A stretch of 64,000 nucleotides of DNA from Campylobacteraceae bacterium (GCA_012519705.1 JAAYPR010000051.1:423-64422); one strand, 5' to 3'; positions 39,741-48,916 are shown, counted from the stretch's first letter. Translations and numbers: made by a program. Notes: generated from the sequence alone by a model not told the origin.

Positions 39741-40418
39741 TCAGTCTGACATTACGTCATTAGCTGTCGAAATTATCCAGCTAACTAACATCGCAACCAG
39801 ACAAACTAGTGCAACTACATACGCTAAAAGCGTACAAATTGACATATCCATAAATTGGAACTTTGGTATTAGATACCAGCCATTGCTATACAGATCTGTA
39901 AAGAACGTTTGGATGCCATTTAACTCTACTCCTGTTGGAACAACTGGAGCGTCATATCCACAATCCCCTGTTGGTTTAAACCAATCAGGCCATTTATCAG
40001 CAAGCATAACTTCTATGCCTAAGAAGTAAAAGTGTGGATCTGTTGAACATCCTTGCATACCCATCATAGCAAATGGATCATCGCTGTGAACAGCTTTGTG
40101 AATACCGTGTAGTTTTACACTAAATAGTATCCCAATAACTGCACCATAAATCGCTAAAAAATACCCTATAAGTTTTGCAACTATTTCTTTTGGGTTAATC
40201 GCTGCAATAACACCGCCGATTACCATTAAAAACATTGAGTATCTAATATACACACACTGTTCGCACGGTAGCATATATAGATAGTTTTGAAAGAAACTAT
40301 GTGCTAGAATAATTAGTGATAGCATAACTACTGCCATTATTATCCATAACGGTCTTTTGTTTTGCCATCTAGCTATAGTTTCAATTGGCGAACTTTTTAA
40401 ATCTTGCCATAATTTCAT
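39741..40418 (-). CDS. dsbI: DsbB-family disulfide bond formation protein DsbI
   Basis: LPCEQCVYIR motif; second periplasmic Cys pair (GCS...TGDCG); adjacent to dsbL and assT. Confidence 0.9.
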   Translation of the reverse strand: MKLWQDLKSSPIETIARWQNKRPLWIIMAVVMLSLIILAHSFFQNYLYMLPCEQCVYIRYSMFLMVIGGVIAAINPKEIVAKLIGYFLAIYGAVIGILFSVKLHGIHKAVHSDDPFAMMGMQGCSTDPHFYFLGIEVMLADKWPDWFKPTGDCGYDAPVVPTGVELNGIQTFFTDLYSNGWYLIPKFQFMDMSICTLLAYVVALVCLVAMLVSWIISTANDVMSD

Positions 40419-40453
40419 ATTTTACAAACCCCTTTTTTTTGCCTGTTTAGAAA

Positions 40454-41143
40454 TTAATCCAATTTTCTTAGTTCTTGGATCATATCAACCATAGCATCAA
40501 TGCCTTTAATAGCGTTTGTTTTGATTAGGTATTTTCCATCTACAACAAATGCTGGAACTCCTTGAACTTTGCCTATCATATAAGCATCACCTGAGTTATC
40601 CATACCCCAAGTAGCTAAAATTTCCCCAACTCTTGCATCGTTAATTTTAGCTTCATAGTCAGCTTTGCTCATACCAATAGCGTCTAATGCTGTTTTTAAG
40701 AAAGCATCAACGTTTGCTTGGTTGCTTGCATCAGCTCCCCATCTCTCGCCTTTGTCATGGTATGCAATGTAAAGAGCAAATTTAGCTTTTTTGAAAGCTG
40801 AGTCTTCTGAAAGTAGGTTGTCTATACCGTTTTTCTCATCTTCAGCGATAGCTACTGCTAAAACTTGACTTCCATGAACGCCATATACACCTTTTGAAGT
40901 TAGGTGAAATGGAACAAATTTCATATCTGGAAGTTTAGCCATAACAGGAACTGTTACTGCTTGGTCAAATTTATAGCAGAATGGACAGTCATAACTAAAT
41001 GCTTTTATAACTGTGTTTTCAGCATTTGGGACAACTCTTTCTAGCTTAACATACTCTTTTCCCTCTGTTAGAGCATTTGCACTAACACCTATAAATAGAG
41101 CCGCAACGGCAACTGATTTTACAACACTTTTAAATAATTTCAT
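40454..41143 (-). CDS. dsbL: DsbA-family thiol:disulfide oxidoreductase, DsbL type, copy 1
   Basis: Signal peptide; SYDCPFCYK active site; VQGVPAF cis-Pro loop. Confidence 0.87.
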   Translation of the reverse strand: MKLFKSVVKSVAVAALFIGVSANALTEGKEYVKLERVVPNAENTVIKAFSYDCPFCYKFDQAVTVPVMAKLPDMKFVPFHLTSKGVYGVHGSQVLAVAIAEDEKNGIDNLLSEDSAFKKAKFALYIAYHDKGERWGADASNQANVDAFLKTALDAIGMSKADYEAKINDARVGEILATWGMDNSGDAYMIGKVQGVPAFVVDGKYLIKTNAIKGIDAMVDMIQELRKLD

Positions 41144-41170
41144 GTGTCCTCCTAGTAAAGATTTGACATA

Positions 41171-41202
41171 ATTATATTGAGCTGTTCTTACGAAGTCGTC
41201 AC
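41171..41202 (-). promoter_or_regulatory. dsbL1 promoter: -10 TATAAT plus tandem repeat box
   Basis: Plus strand GTTCTTAC-GAA-GTCGTCAC (41184-41202), 7 nt from ATTATA (41171-41176). Confidence 0.75.
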
Positions 41203-41280
41203 AATAAACTTAAATTAGTTTTAAAATAGTAAAATAATATAAAAAGTTAAAATAATAGTATAAAACTGAGTAATTAGTAG

Positions 41281-41311
41281 CTAAAACTAGGATTTAACCT
41301 CCTAGTTTTAG
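41281..41311. terminator. Hairpin after dsbL2
   Basis: CTAAAACTAGGA / TCCTAGTTTTAG. Confidence 0.55.
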
Positions 41312-41356
41312 TGGGTAAAATTTGAGCTATAGGTTGTAAATTTAAATTTATAGCTT

Positions 41357-42043
41357 TTAATCTAGCTTTCTAAGCTCTTTGATTGTGTTAACCATAGAGT
41401 CTATGCCAGTTATAGAGTTTGTTTGGATTAGGTATTTTCCATCTACAACAAACGCTGGAACACCTTGAACTTTACCTACCATATAAGCATCGCCAGCTGT
41501 ATCCATCCCCCAAGTAGAAAGAATCTCTTTAACTTTTTCATCTTTTAGTTTTTCTTCAAACTCAGCTTTACTCATACTCATAGCGTCTAATGCTGTTTTT
41601 AAGAAAGCATCAACGTTGGCTTGAACTTTCGCATCAGCTCCCCATCTCTCACCTTTGTCGTGATATGCCCCATATAATGCAAATTTAGCCTTTTTAAAAG
41701 TTGAGTTATTTGAAAGCAAGTCCACGCCATTTTTTTCATCTTCAGCTATAGCTACTGCTAAAACTTGGCTTCCATAAGCTCCATAAATGCCTTTTGTGGC
41801 TATATGGTAAGGGATAAATTTCATATCTGGAAGCTTTGACATAACAGGGATTGTTACTGCTTGATCAAATTTATAGCAAAATATACAGTCATAGCTAAAT
41901 ACTTTAATAACTGTGTTCTTGGCATTTGGGATAACTCTTTCTAGCTTAACGTAGTCCTTTCCTTCCGTTAGAGCATTTGCACTAACGCCTATAAACAGAG
42001 CCGCTGTGGCAACTAATTTTATAATTTTTCTTACTGTTTTCAT
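41357..42043 (-). CDS. dsbL: DsbL-type oxidoreductase, copy 2, with CIFC active site
   Basis: Close paralog of copy 1; SYDCIFCYK; VQGVPAF. Confidence 0.85.
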   Translation of the reverse strand: MKTVRKIIKLVATAALFIGVSANALTEGKDYVKLERVIPNAKNTVIKVFSYDCIFCYKFDQAVTIPVMSKLPDMKFIPYHIATKGIYGAYGSQVLAVAIAEDEKNGVDLLSNNSTFKKAKFALYGAYHDKGERWGADAKVQANVDAFLKTALDAMSMSKAEFEEKLKDEKVKEILSTWGMDTAGDAYMVGKVQGVPAFVVDGKYLIQTNSITGIDSMVNTIKELRKLD

Positions 42044-42069
42044 ATTTCCTCCTTTAAAAACATATTTTA

Positions 42070-42101
42070 ATTATACAGAATGGTTGTTGACAAGTAGTTA
42101 T
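42070..42101 (-). promoter_or_regulatory. dsbL2 promoter: -10 TATAAT plus degenerate tandem repeat box
   Basis: GTTGTTGA-CAA-GTAGTTAT (42083-42101), 7 nt from ATTATA (42070-42075); AAGT junction conserved. Confidence 0.5.
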
Positions 42102-42201
42102 GATAAAATAAAATTTAGCTTAAAATATGTATTAAATTTTATAATTTAGATTTTTAGAAATAAGTAAAAGAAAAATAGTAAATATAGAAGTAAAAAAGAA
42201 T

Positions 42202-42223
42202 TAACCCCTAAATTTAGGGGTTA
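42202..42223 (-). terminator. Intrinsic terminator of the substrate-binding protein gene
   Basis: TAACCCCTAAA / TTTAGGGGTTA followed on the minus strand by ATTCTTTTTT. Confidence 0.7.
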
Positions 42224-42232
42224 GTTTATAAG

Positions 42233-43042
42233 TTAAAGTTTTCCACCCTCAACCACAACGCTTTCTGGGTCTATATCATCACCAAAAACAGGTTTGATTG
42301 TTGCGTCATAAGCTTTGTGGAAGAACTGCTCATCTCCAAGTTTAACGATTAGAGCGTTTATCCACTCAAGTAGTTCTTTATTTCCTTTTTTAACAGCTGG
42401 GGCGATAACATCGCTGTCGCCTAAAGTCTCAATCCCAACTTTAAACTCAGGATGATTTTTAACCCATGCAAAAAGGAAAGTGTTATCGTGAGCTATCGCA
42501 TCACCTCTGCCATCAACTGTAGCCGCAAAAGCCTCGCTGTGTTGGTCAAATTTAGTCATCTTAATATCTCTGTGGTTTTTTGTGAAGTAGATATCAGAAG
42601 TTGTGCCTTTTCCAACGATTAAAGTTTTGCCCTTTAAATCATCAACGCTTTTTACAGCACCATCTTTACTAGCAACGCCAATGCTTACTTTCATATACGG
42701 AAGTGCAAAGTCAACAACTTTTTCTCTCTCTTTTGTTTGAGTAAAGTTTGCTAAGATGATGTCAAGTTTGTCAGCTCTTAAAAAGTCAACCCTGTTAGCT
42801 GCTTCAACTAAAACATACTCAACCTTGTTTTCATCGCCAAAAAGTTCTTTTGCTATTCTTTTTGCAAAGTAAACATCATAGCCTTGATTTTTGCCGTTTT
42901 CATCGATATATCCAAATGGAGGCTTATCTCCAAAAACGCCTATTTTAACAAAGCCACGCTCTTTTATCTCGCTTAAAGTAGCAGCATTTAAAGCAGTGCC
43001 AAGTAGAACTAAACTTAAAAAAAGTTTAACGAATTTTCTCAT
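42233..43042 (-). CDS. Polar amino-acid ABC transporter substrate-binding protein (CjaA-like, cysteine/glutamine class)
   Basis: IGVFGDKPPFGY, GYDVYFAKRIAKEL, AANRV, FALPYMKV. Confidence 0.9.
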   Translation of the reverse strand: MRKFVKLFLSLVLLGTALNAATLSEIKERGFVKIGVFGDKPPFGYIDENGKNQGYDVYFAKRIAKELFGDENKVEYVLVEAANRVDFLRADKLDIILANFTQTKEREKVVDFALPYMKVSIGVASKDGAVKSVDDLKGKTLIVGKGTTSDIYFTKNHRDIKMTKFDQHSEAFAATVDGRGDAIAHDNTFLFAWVKNHPEFKVGIETLGDSDVIAPAVKKGNKELLEWINALIVKLGDEQFFHKAYDATIKPVFGDDIDPESVVVEGGKL

Positions 43043-43151
43043 GTTTTCTCCTTATTAATTGGTTTAATAACAACATTTAGAGTGAAAGTATAGCATTTTA
43101 AAATAAATTTTTAAAAAATAGCTTTAGAAAATTTATTGATTTTTTACACAT

Positions 43152-43346
43152 CATCATTCTAAGAAAGCGAAAGGGCGTAGCAATTCACACTACCAGTCGT
43201 TGCGAGATTTGAAGCGAAGCGGAAAATCGGGGCAATCTAGTTTTTGAAATTCTGGAGTGAATTTTAAGAAATTTGGTTTTCAAATTTCTCACAACAACAT
43301 ATCTACCGACATCGTCATTGCGAGGAGCGAAGCGACGAAGTAATCC
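43152..43346 (+). repeat. CGTC-tagged REP-like palindrome cluster 3 (three copies)
   Basis: Degenerate copy about 43152-43186; 43196-43237; 43313-43346 CGTCATTGCGAGGAGCGAAGCGACGAAGTAATCC (30/34 identical to 32099-32132). Confidence 0.82.
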
Positions 43347-43460
43347 ATTTGAATAAATTTTTAGTTAAATTTAATGGTTTTTGTTTATTAAATCCAGAGA
43401 TAAAATTTTTAAAAATACAAAATTTACTAAATTTATTAAAGTTAATTTTACTGTTTTTTT

Positions 43461-43582
43461 AAGGGGGCAGGGGCTTCAGAGTTGCGAGGGTCAGCCCCCG
43501 CCCCCTTAACAACCCCCACCCCTGACCGACGCACAAAGTTGCTGTGCTTCGCACAGGTTTTTATGTTTTTGCTACGCAAAAA
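43461..43582. other. GC-rich structured element: 15-bp hairpin, G4-capable tract and two GNA-triloop mini-hairpins
   Basis: AAGGGGGCAGGGGCT / AGCCCCCGCCCCCTT (14/15); C5-G-C5-TTAACAA-C5-A-C4 at 43495-43522; CTGTGC-TTC-GCACAG; TTTTTGC-TAC-GCAAAAA. Confidence 0.7.
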
Positions 43583-43659
43583 ATATTAAAACTATGACTT
43601 TAACAGACTTGGTTGTTTTGGCATACATAAATTTATCTGCTCTATAGTGAGAAATAAGC

Positions 43660-44397
43660 CTACTTCTTAAACTCAAACATATTTAAAAACTTTTTTGCTC
43701 TGTCGGTTTGTGGATTTGTAAAGAAAGTCTCAGGCTCAGTGATTTCAACTATTTCGCCTTTATCCATAAAGATTATCCTATCAGCTATCGCCCTTGCAAA
43801 GCCCATTTCATGCGTTACGATAAGCATGGTTCTGCCCTCACTAGCCAAATTTAGCATAACGTCTAAAACTTCGCGAACTATTTCAGGGTCAAGTGCGGCT
43901 GTAACTTCGTCAAATAGCATGATTTCAGGGTTCATACAAAGGCTTCTTACGATGGCAATTCTTTGCTTTTGCCCGCCACTTAGCTCTTTTGGGTAGGCGT
44001 TTTCTTTATCACTAAGACCTACTTTTTCAAGCCAATATCTTGCAGTTTTTATCGCTTCATCTTTAGACTTTTTTTGAACTTTAATAGGCCCTAAAGTTAC
44101 GTTTTGCATAACGTTTAAATGGTCAAACAGCTCATAACTTTGAAAAACCATCCCAACTTCTTGTCTGATTTTACGCCAGTTGGTGAAATCTTTATCGATT
44201 TTTTCACCTAAAATTTCCATCTCGCCACTTTGAATTTGCTCTAGCCCATTTATACAACGCAAAGTTGTGCTTTTTCCACACCCAGATGGTCCTAAAATTA
44301 CCACAACTTCGCCTTTTGTAACGCTAAAATTTAGATTTTTCAAGGCGTGAGTTTCGCCGTAGTATTTATTAATATCAATTAGCTTTAAAATTTCCAT
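43660..44397 (-). CDS. Polar amino-acid ABC transporter ATP-binding protein (GlnQ-like)
   Basis: GPSGCGKST, LSGGQKQR, FDEVT; ATG 44397 overlaps the permease stop (TAATG). Confidence 0.93.
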   Translation of the reverse strand: MEILKLIDINKYYGETHALKNLNFSVTKGEVVVILGPSGCGKSTTLRCINGLEQIQSGEMEILGEKIDKDFTNWRKIRQEVGMVFQSYELFDHLNVMQNVTLGPIKVQKKSKDEAIKTARYWLEKVGLSDKENAYPKELSGGQKQRIAIVRSLCMNPEIMLFDEVTAALDPEIVREVLDVMLNLASEGRTMLIVTHEMGFARAIADRIIFMDKGEIVEITEPETFFTNPQTDRAKKFLNMFEFKK

Positions 44398-45059
44398 TAG
44401 TTCCACCTATTTTCTAAAATTTTTGATAGTTTTGATACAGGATAGCAAATCGCAAAATATAGGAAAAAGATAAACCCATACACTATCAAAGGTGCGTAGC
44501 TATTTGTAAGTAAATTTAGTTCTATGATTTGCTGTCCGACTTTCACAACTTCCACAACGCCGATTAAAACAGCGATAGAGGTTGTTTTAATCATCCTACT
44601 AAGCAGGTTTATAGACGCTGGCACAAGGCGGCGAGTTGCAAGCGGGATGATGACATAGATATAAATTTGAGCTTTTTTTAGTCCGATACTCTGTGCACTT
44701 TCAAACTGGTGCTTAGGTATGCTAACAACAGCAGCTCTAACTAAGTCCATCATCTCAAACACGCCCCAAACGCTAAAAACTATGATAGAGGCATTTATGG
44801 CTGAAATATCTACGCCAAAAGTTGTACTCACACCAAAATAAACGATAAAAAGCCAAACAAGTTGTGGCATAACGCGGATTATCTCAAGGCAAGCTTTTAG
44901 AAAAAAGTAGATGAGTTTATTTTTAGATGTCATCAAAACACCTAAAACAAGACCTCCTAAAATAGAGATAGCTATAGAAATGAGTGAAATTTTTATCGTC
45001 ACCCAAAGCCCACCCATAAGGCGGATAAAATTTGTCTCATTTAGCAAAATATCAAACAT
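44397..45059 (-). CDS. Amino-acid ABC transporter permease
   Basis: QFESAQSIGL EAA loop, IKTTSI. Confidence 0.92.
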   Translation of the reverse strand: MFDILLNETNFIRLMGGLWVTIKISLISIAISILGGLVLGVLMTSKNKLIYFFLKACLEIIRVMPQLVWLFIVYFGVSTTFGVDISAINASIIVFSVWGVFEMMDLVRAAVVSIPKHQFESAQSIGLKKAQIYIYVIIPLATRRLVPASINLLSRMIKTTSIAVLIGVVEVVKVGQQIIELNLLTNSYAPLIVYGFIFFLYFAICYPVSKLSKILENRWN

Positions 45060-45699
45060 GATTTAGCCTTTTTTCTACAAATGTTAGCCCCAAAGAGATT
45101 GGTAAGATGATGATGAGGTAGGCAACAAAGAGCATAAATAACGCTTCATTTGTCATATAGTAAAGTCCGATGATATCTTTTGCTGCATAAACTAAGTCCG
45201 CCACCGCTATAATGCTAACCATGGATGTCTCTTTTATAAGGAAAATTATATTTGCACTAATTGAGGCAAAAGAGACTCTTAAAGCTTGTGGTAAAACAAT
45301 ATATAAAATCACTTGATTTTTAGATAGTCCTATGCTTAGACCTGCTTCGATTTGTTGCTTTTTAACCGCTTCAAAACCAAGTCTAAAGCTCTCAGCCATA
45401 TAACTTCCGCCTAAAAAGGCAAGTCCTACGATAGCACACTGGTATCCACTCATGGTAATGCCAACTTTTGGAAGTCCGTAGTAGAGGAAGAAAAGCTGAA
45501 TTAAAAGTGGAGTGTTTCTTGAAAGCTCAATATAAGCATCAAAAATTTTCCTTAAAAACCCTATCTTAAAAAGCTTCGCCCAAGCGATGATAAAACCTAT
45601 GATAAGCGAGAGAAATATCCCCCAAAACGCTAGTTTTAGAGTTAAAATTCCAGCTTCCACATACATAGGAGTAAATTCTTTTATAAACTCAAAATCCAT
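45052..45699 (-). CDS. Amino-acid ABC transporter permease
   Basis: RNTPLLIQLF, QIEAGLSIGL, IKETSM. Confidence 0.92.
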   Translation of the reverse strand: MDFEFIKEFTPMYVEAGILTLKLAFWGIFLSLIIGFIIAWAKLFKIGFLRKIFDAYIELSRNTPLLIQLFFLYYGLPKVGITMSGYQCAIVGLAFLGGSYMAESFRLGFEAVKKQQIEAGLSIGLSKNQVILYIVLPQALRVSFASISANIIFLIKETSMVSIIAVADLVYAAKDIIGLYYMTNEALFMLFVAYLIIILPISLGLTFVEKRLNHV

Positions 45700-45752
45700 A
45701 TCATTCCTGTAATTGTTAGATATCTTGTCATTTTACCTTTATTTTCTTAAAT

Positions 45753-46370
45753 TTAGTCTAGTTTAAACTTTTTCTCTAAAACTCTAAGTGGATATTTTGC
45801 TAGTTCTAAACCTCTGCTTCTATGTGAAATTTCTAACTTTGTCTTAGCGTCAAGTTCACCGATGGTTTTATCAAGTCCGTTTGGGATAAACATAAAGTCA
45901 TAGCCAAAGCCGTTATTTCCACGCTCTTCATTTATGGCATTTCCATACATAAAACCATGAGTTGTGTAGCTTCCAAATTTACTTGCTATGGCGATACATG
46001 CGGTATAAAATGCTGGGGTGCTTGATAAATTTAGCCTATTTAGCTCAGAAATTAGCTTTGCTCTATTTGTTTTATCAGTTGCATTTTCGCCGCTATAGCG
46101 GGCCGAGTGGATTCCAGGAGCGTTATCTAAGATGGGAAGTGAAATTCCACTATCATCACTTAAAGTTACAAACTCATTTTTTTGTTTTTCACTTAAGGCG
46201 TTAAAAACCGCCTCTGCTTTTATAAGGGCGTTTTCTTTAAAACTGCTTCCGTTTTCTACTATCTCAAAAGGCTTTATCACTTCATCTAAAGCGTAAATTT
46301 CAAACTCATTTAAAAACTCTTTGATTTCTTTAACTTTATCTTTGTTTCCGGTTGCTAGGAGAATTTTCAT
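45753..46370 (-). CDS. rdgB: Non-canonical purine NTP pyrophosphatase (Ham1 family)
   Basis: LATGNKDK, SDDSG, GFGYD, ISHRSR. Confidence 0.93.
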   Translation of the reverse strand: MKILLATGNKDKVKEIKEFLNEFEIYALDEVIKPFEIVENGSSFKENALIKAEAVFNALSEKQKNEFVTLSDDSGISLPILDNAPGIHSARYSGENATDKTNRAKLISELNRLNLSSTPAFYTACIAIASKFGSYTTHGFMYGNAINEERGNNGFGYDFMFIPNGLDKTIGELDAKTKLEISHRSRGLELAKYPLRVLEKKFKLD

Positions 46371-46470
46371 TTTTTACCTTATTTCTGTTTTAAAAAGCTA
46401 AATTCTATCTAAAATTTTAAATTTATTATCTTAAATGTGTTACTATTTGATTTTTTATTAAGGAAATTAG

Positions 46471-47778
46471 ATGTTAAAAACTATTTTATCACTATCATTT
46501 GTTGTTGCTAGCAGGTTTTTTGGACTTTTTATCATACTTCCGGTTTTTGGACTTTATGCCAGCACTATGGAGGGCTCAACTGTAACTTTGGCTGGGATTG
46601 CCATTGGGATTTACGCGTTAATGCAGATGATTTTCCAAGTGCCTTTTGGACTGCTCTCTGATAAAATCGGACGTAAAAATATGATGACCGTAGGGCTTGT
46701 TATCTTTATAATCGGCTCTTTGATTTGCGGGTTTACGGACAATATCTACTGGATGATTTTTGGTAGATTTTTGCAAGGAAGTGGGGCGGTTGGTTCTGTG
46801 GCAATTGCCATGATAAGTGACTTTACAAAAGAAGAGAGTAGAGGCAAAGCGATGGCGATAATGGGCATGATGATAGGTGCAAGCTTTGGGCTTTCTATGG
46901 TTTTAAGCCCGCTTTTAAGTGCTAAATATGGGCTTGGAGTACTGTTTCATCTAAGTGCTTTGGTGACTTTGCTTTGTATAGTTTTACTCTATACCGCAGT
47001 TCCAAAAGAGGTAGAGATAAAATCTATGCAAGAAAAAGTACCTCTAAAGGAAATTTTAGTAAATAAAGACCTAAACTTAATGAACTTAACAAATTTCTTA
47101 CAGAAGTTACTTTTAACAATGACTTTCTTTTTAATCCCGATAGTTTTGGTAAAAGAGCTTGGTTTTGCTGAAGAAAAACTTTGGATAGTATATAGTGTAG
47201 CTATGGTTTTTGGCTTTGTGTCTATGGGATTTGCTGGATTTGTGGGCGAGAAAAAAGGGCTTTCAAAAGAGATGCTTTTAGTGGGAATCGGCTTTTTTGG
47301 GCTGGCTTATGTAAGTTTTGCTCTATTTGGCTCAGTGTGGCTGTTTATCGTAGGAATTATGCTATTTTTTATCGGCTTTAATATGCATGAGCCTATCATG
47401 CAAAGCGTTGCTTCTAAATTTGCTAAATCAGACCAAAAAGGTGCGGTTTTAGGCGTGTTTAACGCGGCTGGATATTTTGGCTCATTTTTAGGTGGGCTTT
47501 TTGCTGGGATGATGATGGAAAAACTTGGAGTTCACGAGCTTGCTATGATGATAGTAATAGTTTGTTTGATTTGGATGTTTTTACTACTTGGACTAAGTGA
47601 CCCAGCAAGGTTTAGAAATATTTATCTAGAAAATGTAGAGATAGACTTAGAAAAATTAAGAGAGCTAGAGAGTAGAAAAGGCTTTGTTGAGAGTTACAAA
47701 AAAAATGAGACTTTGGTTATAAAATTTGATAAGGATATTTTGAGTGAGAGTGAGATAAGGGCTGGTTTAGGGGTGTAG
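46471..47778 (+). CDS. MFS transporter (YajR-like)
   Basis: GLLSDKIGRK motif A, GRFLQGSG, 12 TM segments. Confidence 0.88.
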   Translation: MLKTILSLSFVVASRFFGLFIILPVFGLYASTMEGSTVTLAGIAIGIYALMQMIFQVPFGLLSDKIGRKNMMTVGLVIFIIGSLICGFTDNIYWMIFGRFLQGSGAVGSVAIAMISDFTKEESRGKAMAIMGMMIGASFGLSMVLSPLLSAKYGLGVLFHLSALVTLLCIVLLYTAVPKEVEIKSMQEKVPLKEILVNKDLNLMNLTNFLQKLLLTMTFFLIPIVLVKELGFAEEKLWIVYSVAMVFGFVSMGFAGFVGEKKGLSKEMLLVGIGFFGLAYVSFALFGSVWLFIVGIMLFFIGFNMHEPIMQSVASKFAKSDQKGAVLGVFNAAGYFGSFLGGLFAGMMMEKLGVHELAMMIVIVCLIWMFLLLGLSDPARFRNIYLENVEIDLEKLRELESRKGFVESYKKNETLVIKFDKDILSESEIRAGLGV

Positions 47779-47779
47779 T

Positions 47780-48457
47780 ATGGGTAAAATTTTAGCAAAA
47801 ATAAAAGGGTTTTTTTATATGTTGTGGTGCTTTTTTAGCATCGCTATCGTGGTAGTTGTGATGAGTATAGTGCCTAAAAAAAACTATGCCATTCGTAAAA
47901 TTTGGGCTAGGATTCAAAGACCGCTAATTGGCTATAAACTCACTAAAATCGGTGAGTTCGACCCACAAGCTGATATGATAATGATAAATCATAAAAGCAT
48001 GTTAGACATCATCATTTTAGAAGAGTTTTGTCCAAAAAACTTAGCTTGGGTTGCGAAAAAAGAGATAGGGGATATGAGGTTTTTTGGTAGGATTTTATCA
48101 CTTCCAAAGATGATAGAGATAGATAGACAAAACCCTCGCTCAATCGTAAGTTTAGTCAAAGAGAGTAAAAATAGACTAGAAGAGGGTAGAGTCATAGCCA
48201 TCTTTCCTGAAGGAACTAGGGGAAGAAGTGATAAAATACTTCGTTTTCACGGCGGGGCGAAGGTGTTAGCTGAGAAGTTAAACTTAAAAGTTCAACCAAT
48301 TGTCTTAAAAGACACACTTCATCATCTTGATGTTAAAAACCTTGAGTTAAGAGGCGGAGAAGTTAAGATGAAGTGTTTAGAGCTTTGTGACTTAAGTGAC
48401 CCAGAGTGGTATAAAAAAGCTAGAGCTGATATGCAAGAAGCCTACGATAGTATGTAG
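47780..48457 (+). CDS. plsC: 1-acyl-sn-glycerol-3-phosphate acyltransferase
   Basis: NHKSMLD (HX4D), FPEGTR. Confidence 0.9.
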   Translation: MGKILAKIKGFFYMLWCFFSIAIVVVVMSIVPKKNYAIRKIWARIQRPLIGYKLTKIGEFDPQADMIMINHKSMLDIIILEEFCPKNLAWVAKKEIGDMRFFGRILSLPKMIEIDRQNPRSIVSLVKESKNRLEEGRVIAIFPEGTRGRSDKILRFHGGAKVLAEKLNLKVQPIVLKDTLHHLDVKNLELRGGEVKMKCLELCDLSDPEWYKKARADMQEAYDSM

Positions 48458-48459
48458 GC

Positions 48460-48816
48460 TTAGTCGTTAAAAACTGGACTTTGTGATAGGATATCTTTTT
48501 TAGGCTTTTTGGCAAAAAGAGTGAATTTTTTATCTTTTTGTGGCTTTTCTGCTTTTTTGGTTTTTGCTGGTTTTCTAGCTTTTTCTACTTTTTCTTCTGT
48601 GGCTTTTGTTTTTTTAGAGTTTTTATCTTTTTTAGCATTTGGATTTTCTCTGTATCCTAGTAGGATTAAAACTTCACGAATAGGATAAATTCCACTAACT
48701 CCTGTTATCAGCGGAAAAAGCCCTAAAAAACACCACCAAGTTGGATAAATAAGTCCAAAAACTATTAAAATCGCTATCCCAATCAATATCCTAATAGCTC
48801 TATCTATTACAAACAT
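48460..48816 (-). CDS. DUF2892/YgaP-like membrane protein with Lys-rich tail
   Basis: IDRAIRILIG...LGLFPLITGVSG pattern. Confidence 0.65.
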   Translation of the reverse strand: MFVIDRAIRILIGIAILIVFGLIYPTWWCFLGLFPLITGVSGIYPIREVLILLGYRENPNAKKDKNSKKTKATEEKVEKARKPAKTKKAEKPQKDKKFTLFAKKPKKDILSQSPVFND

Positions 48817-48916
48817 AACACTCTTTCATTTTAAATTTTTTAAAGATTATAGCAAATTTAAGCAAATTTTTAATAGAATACTAAATTTATGTTGAAATTT
48901 AATACAAAGGATCACT

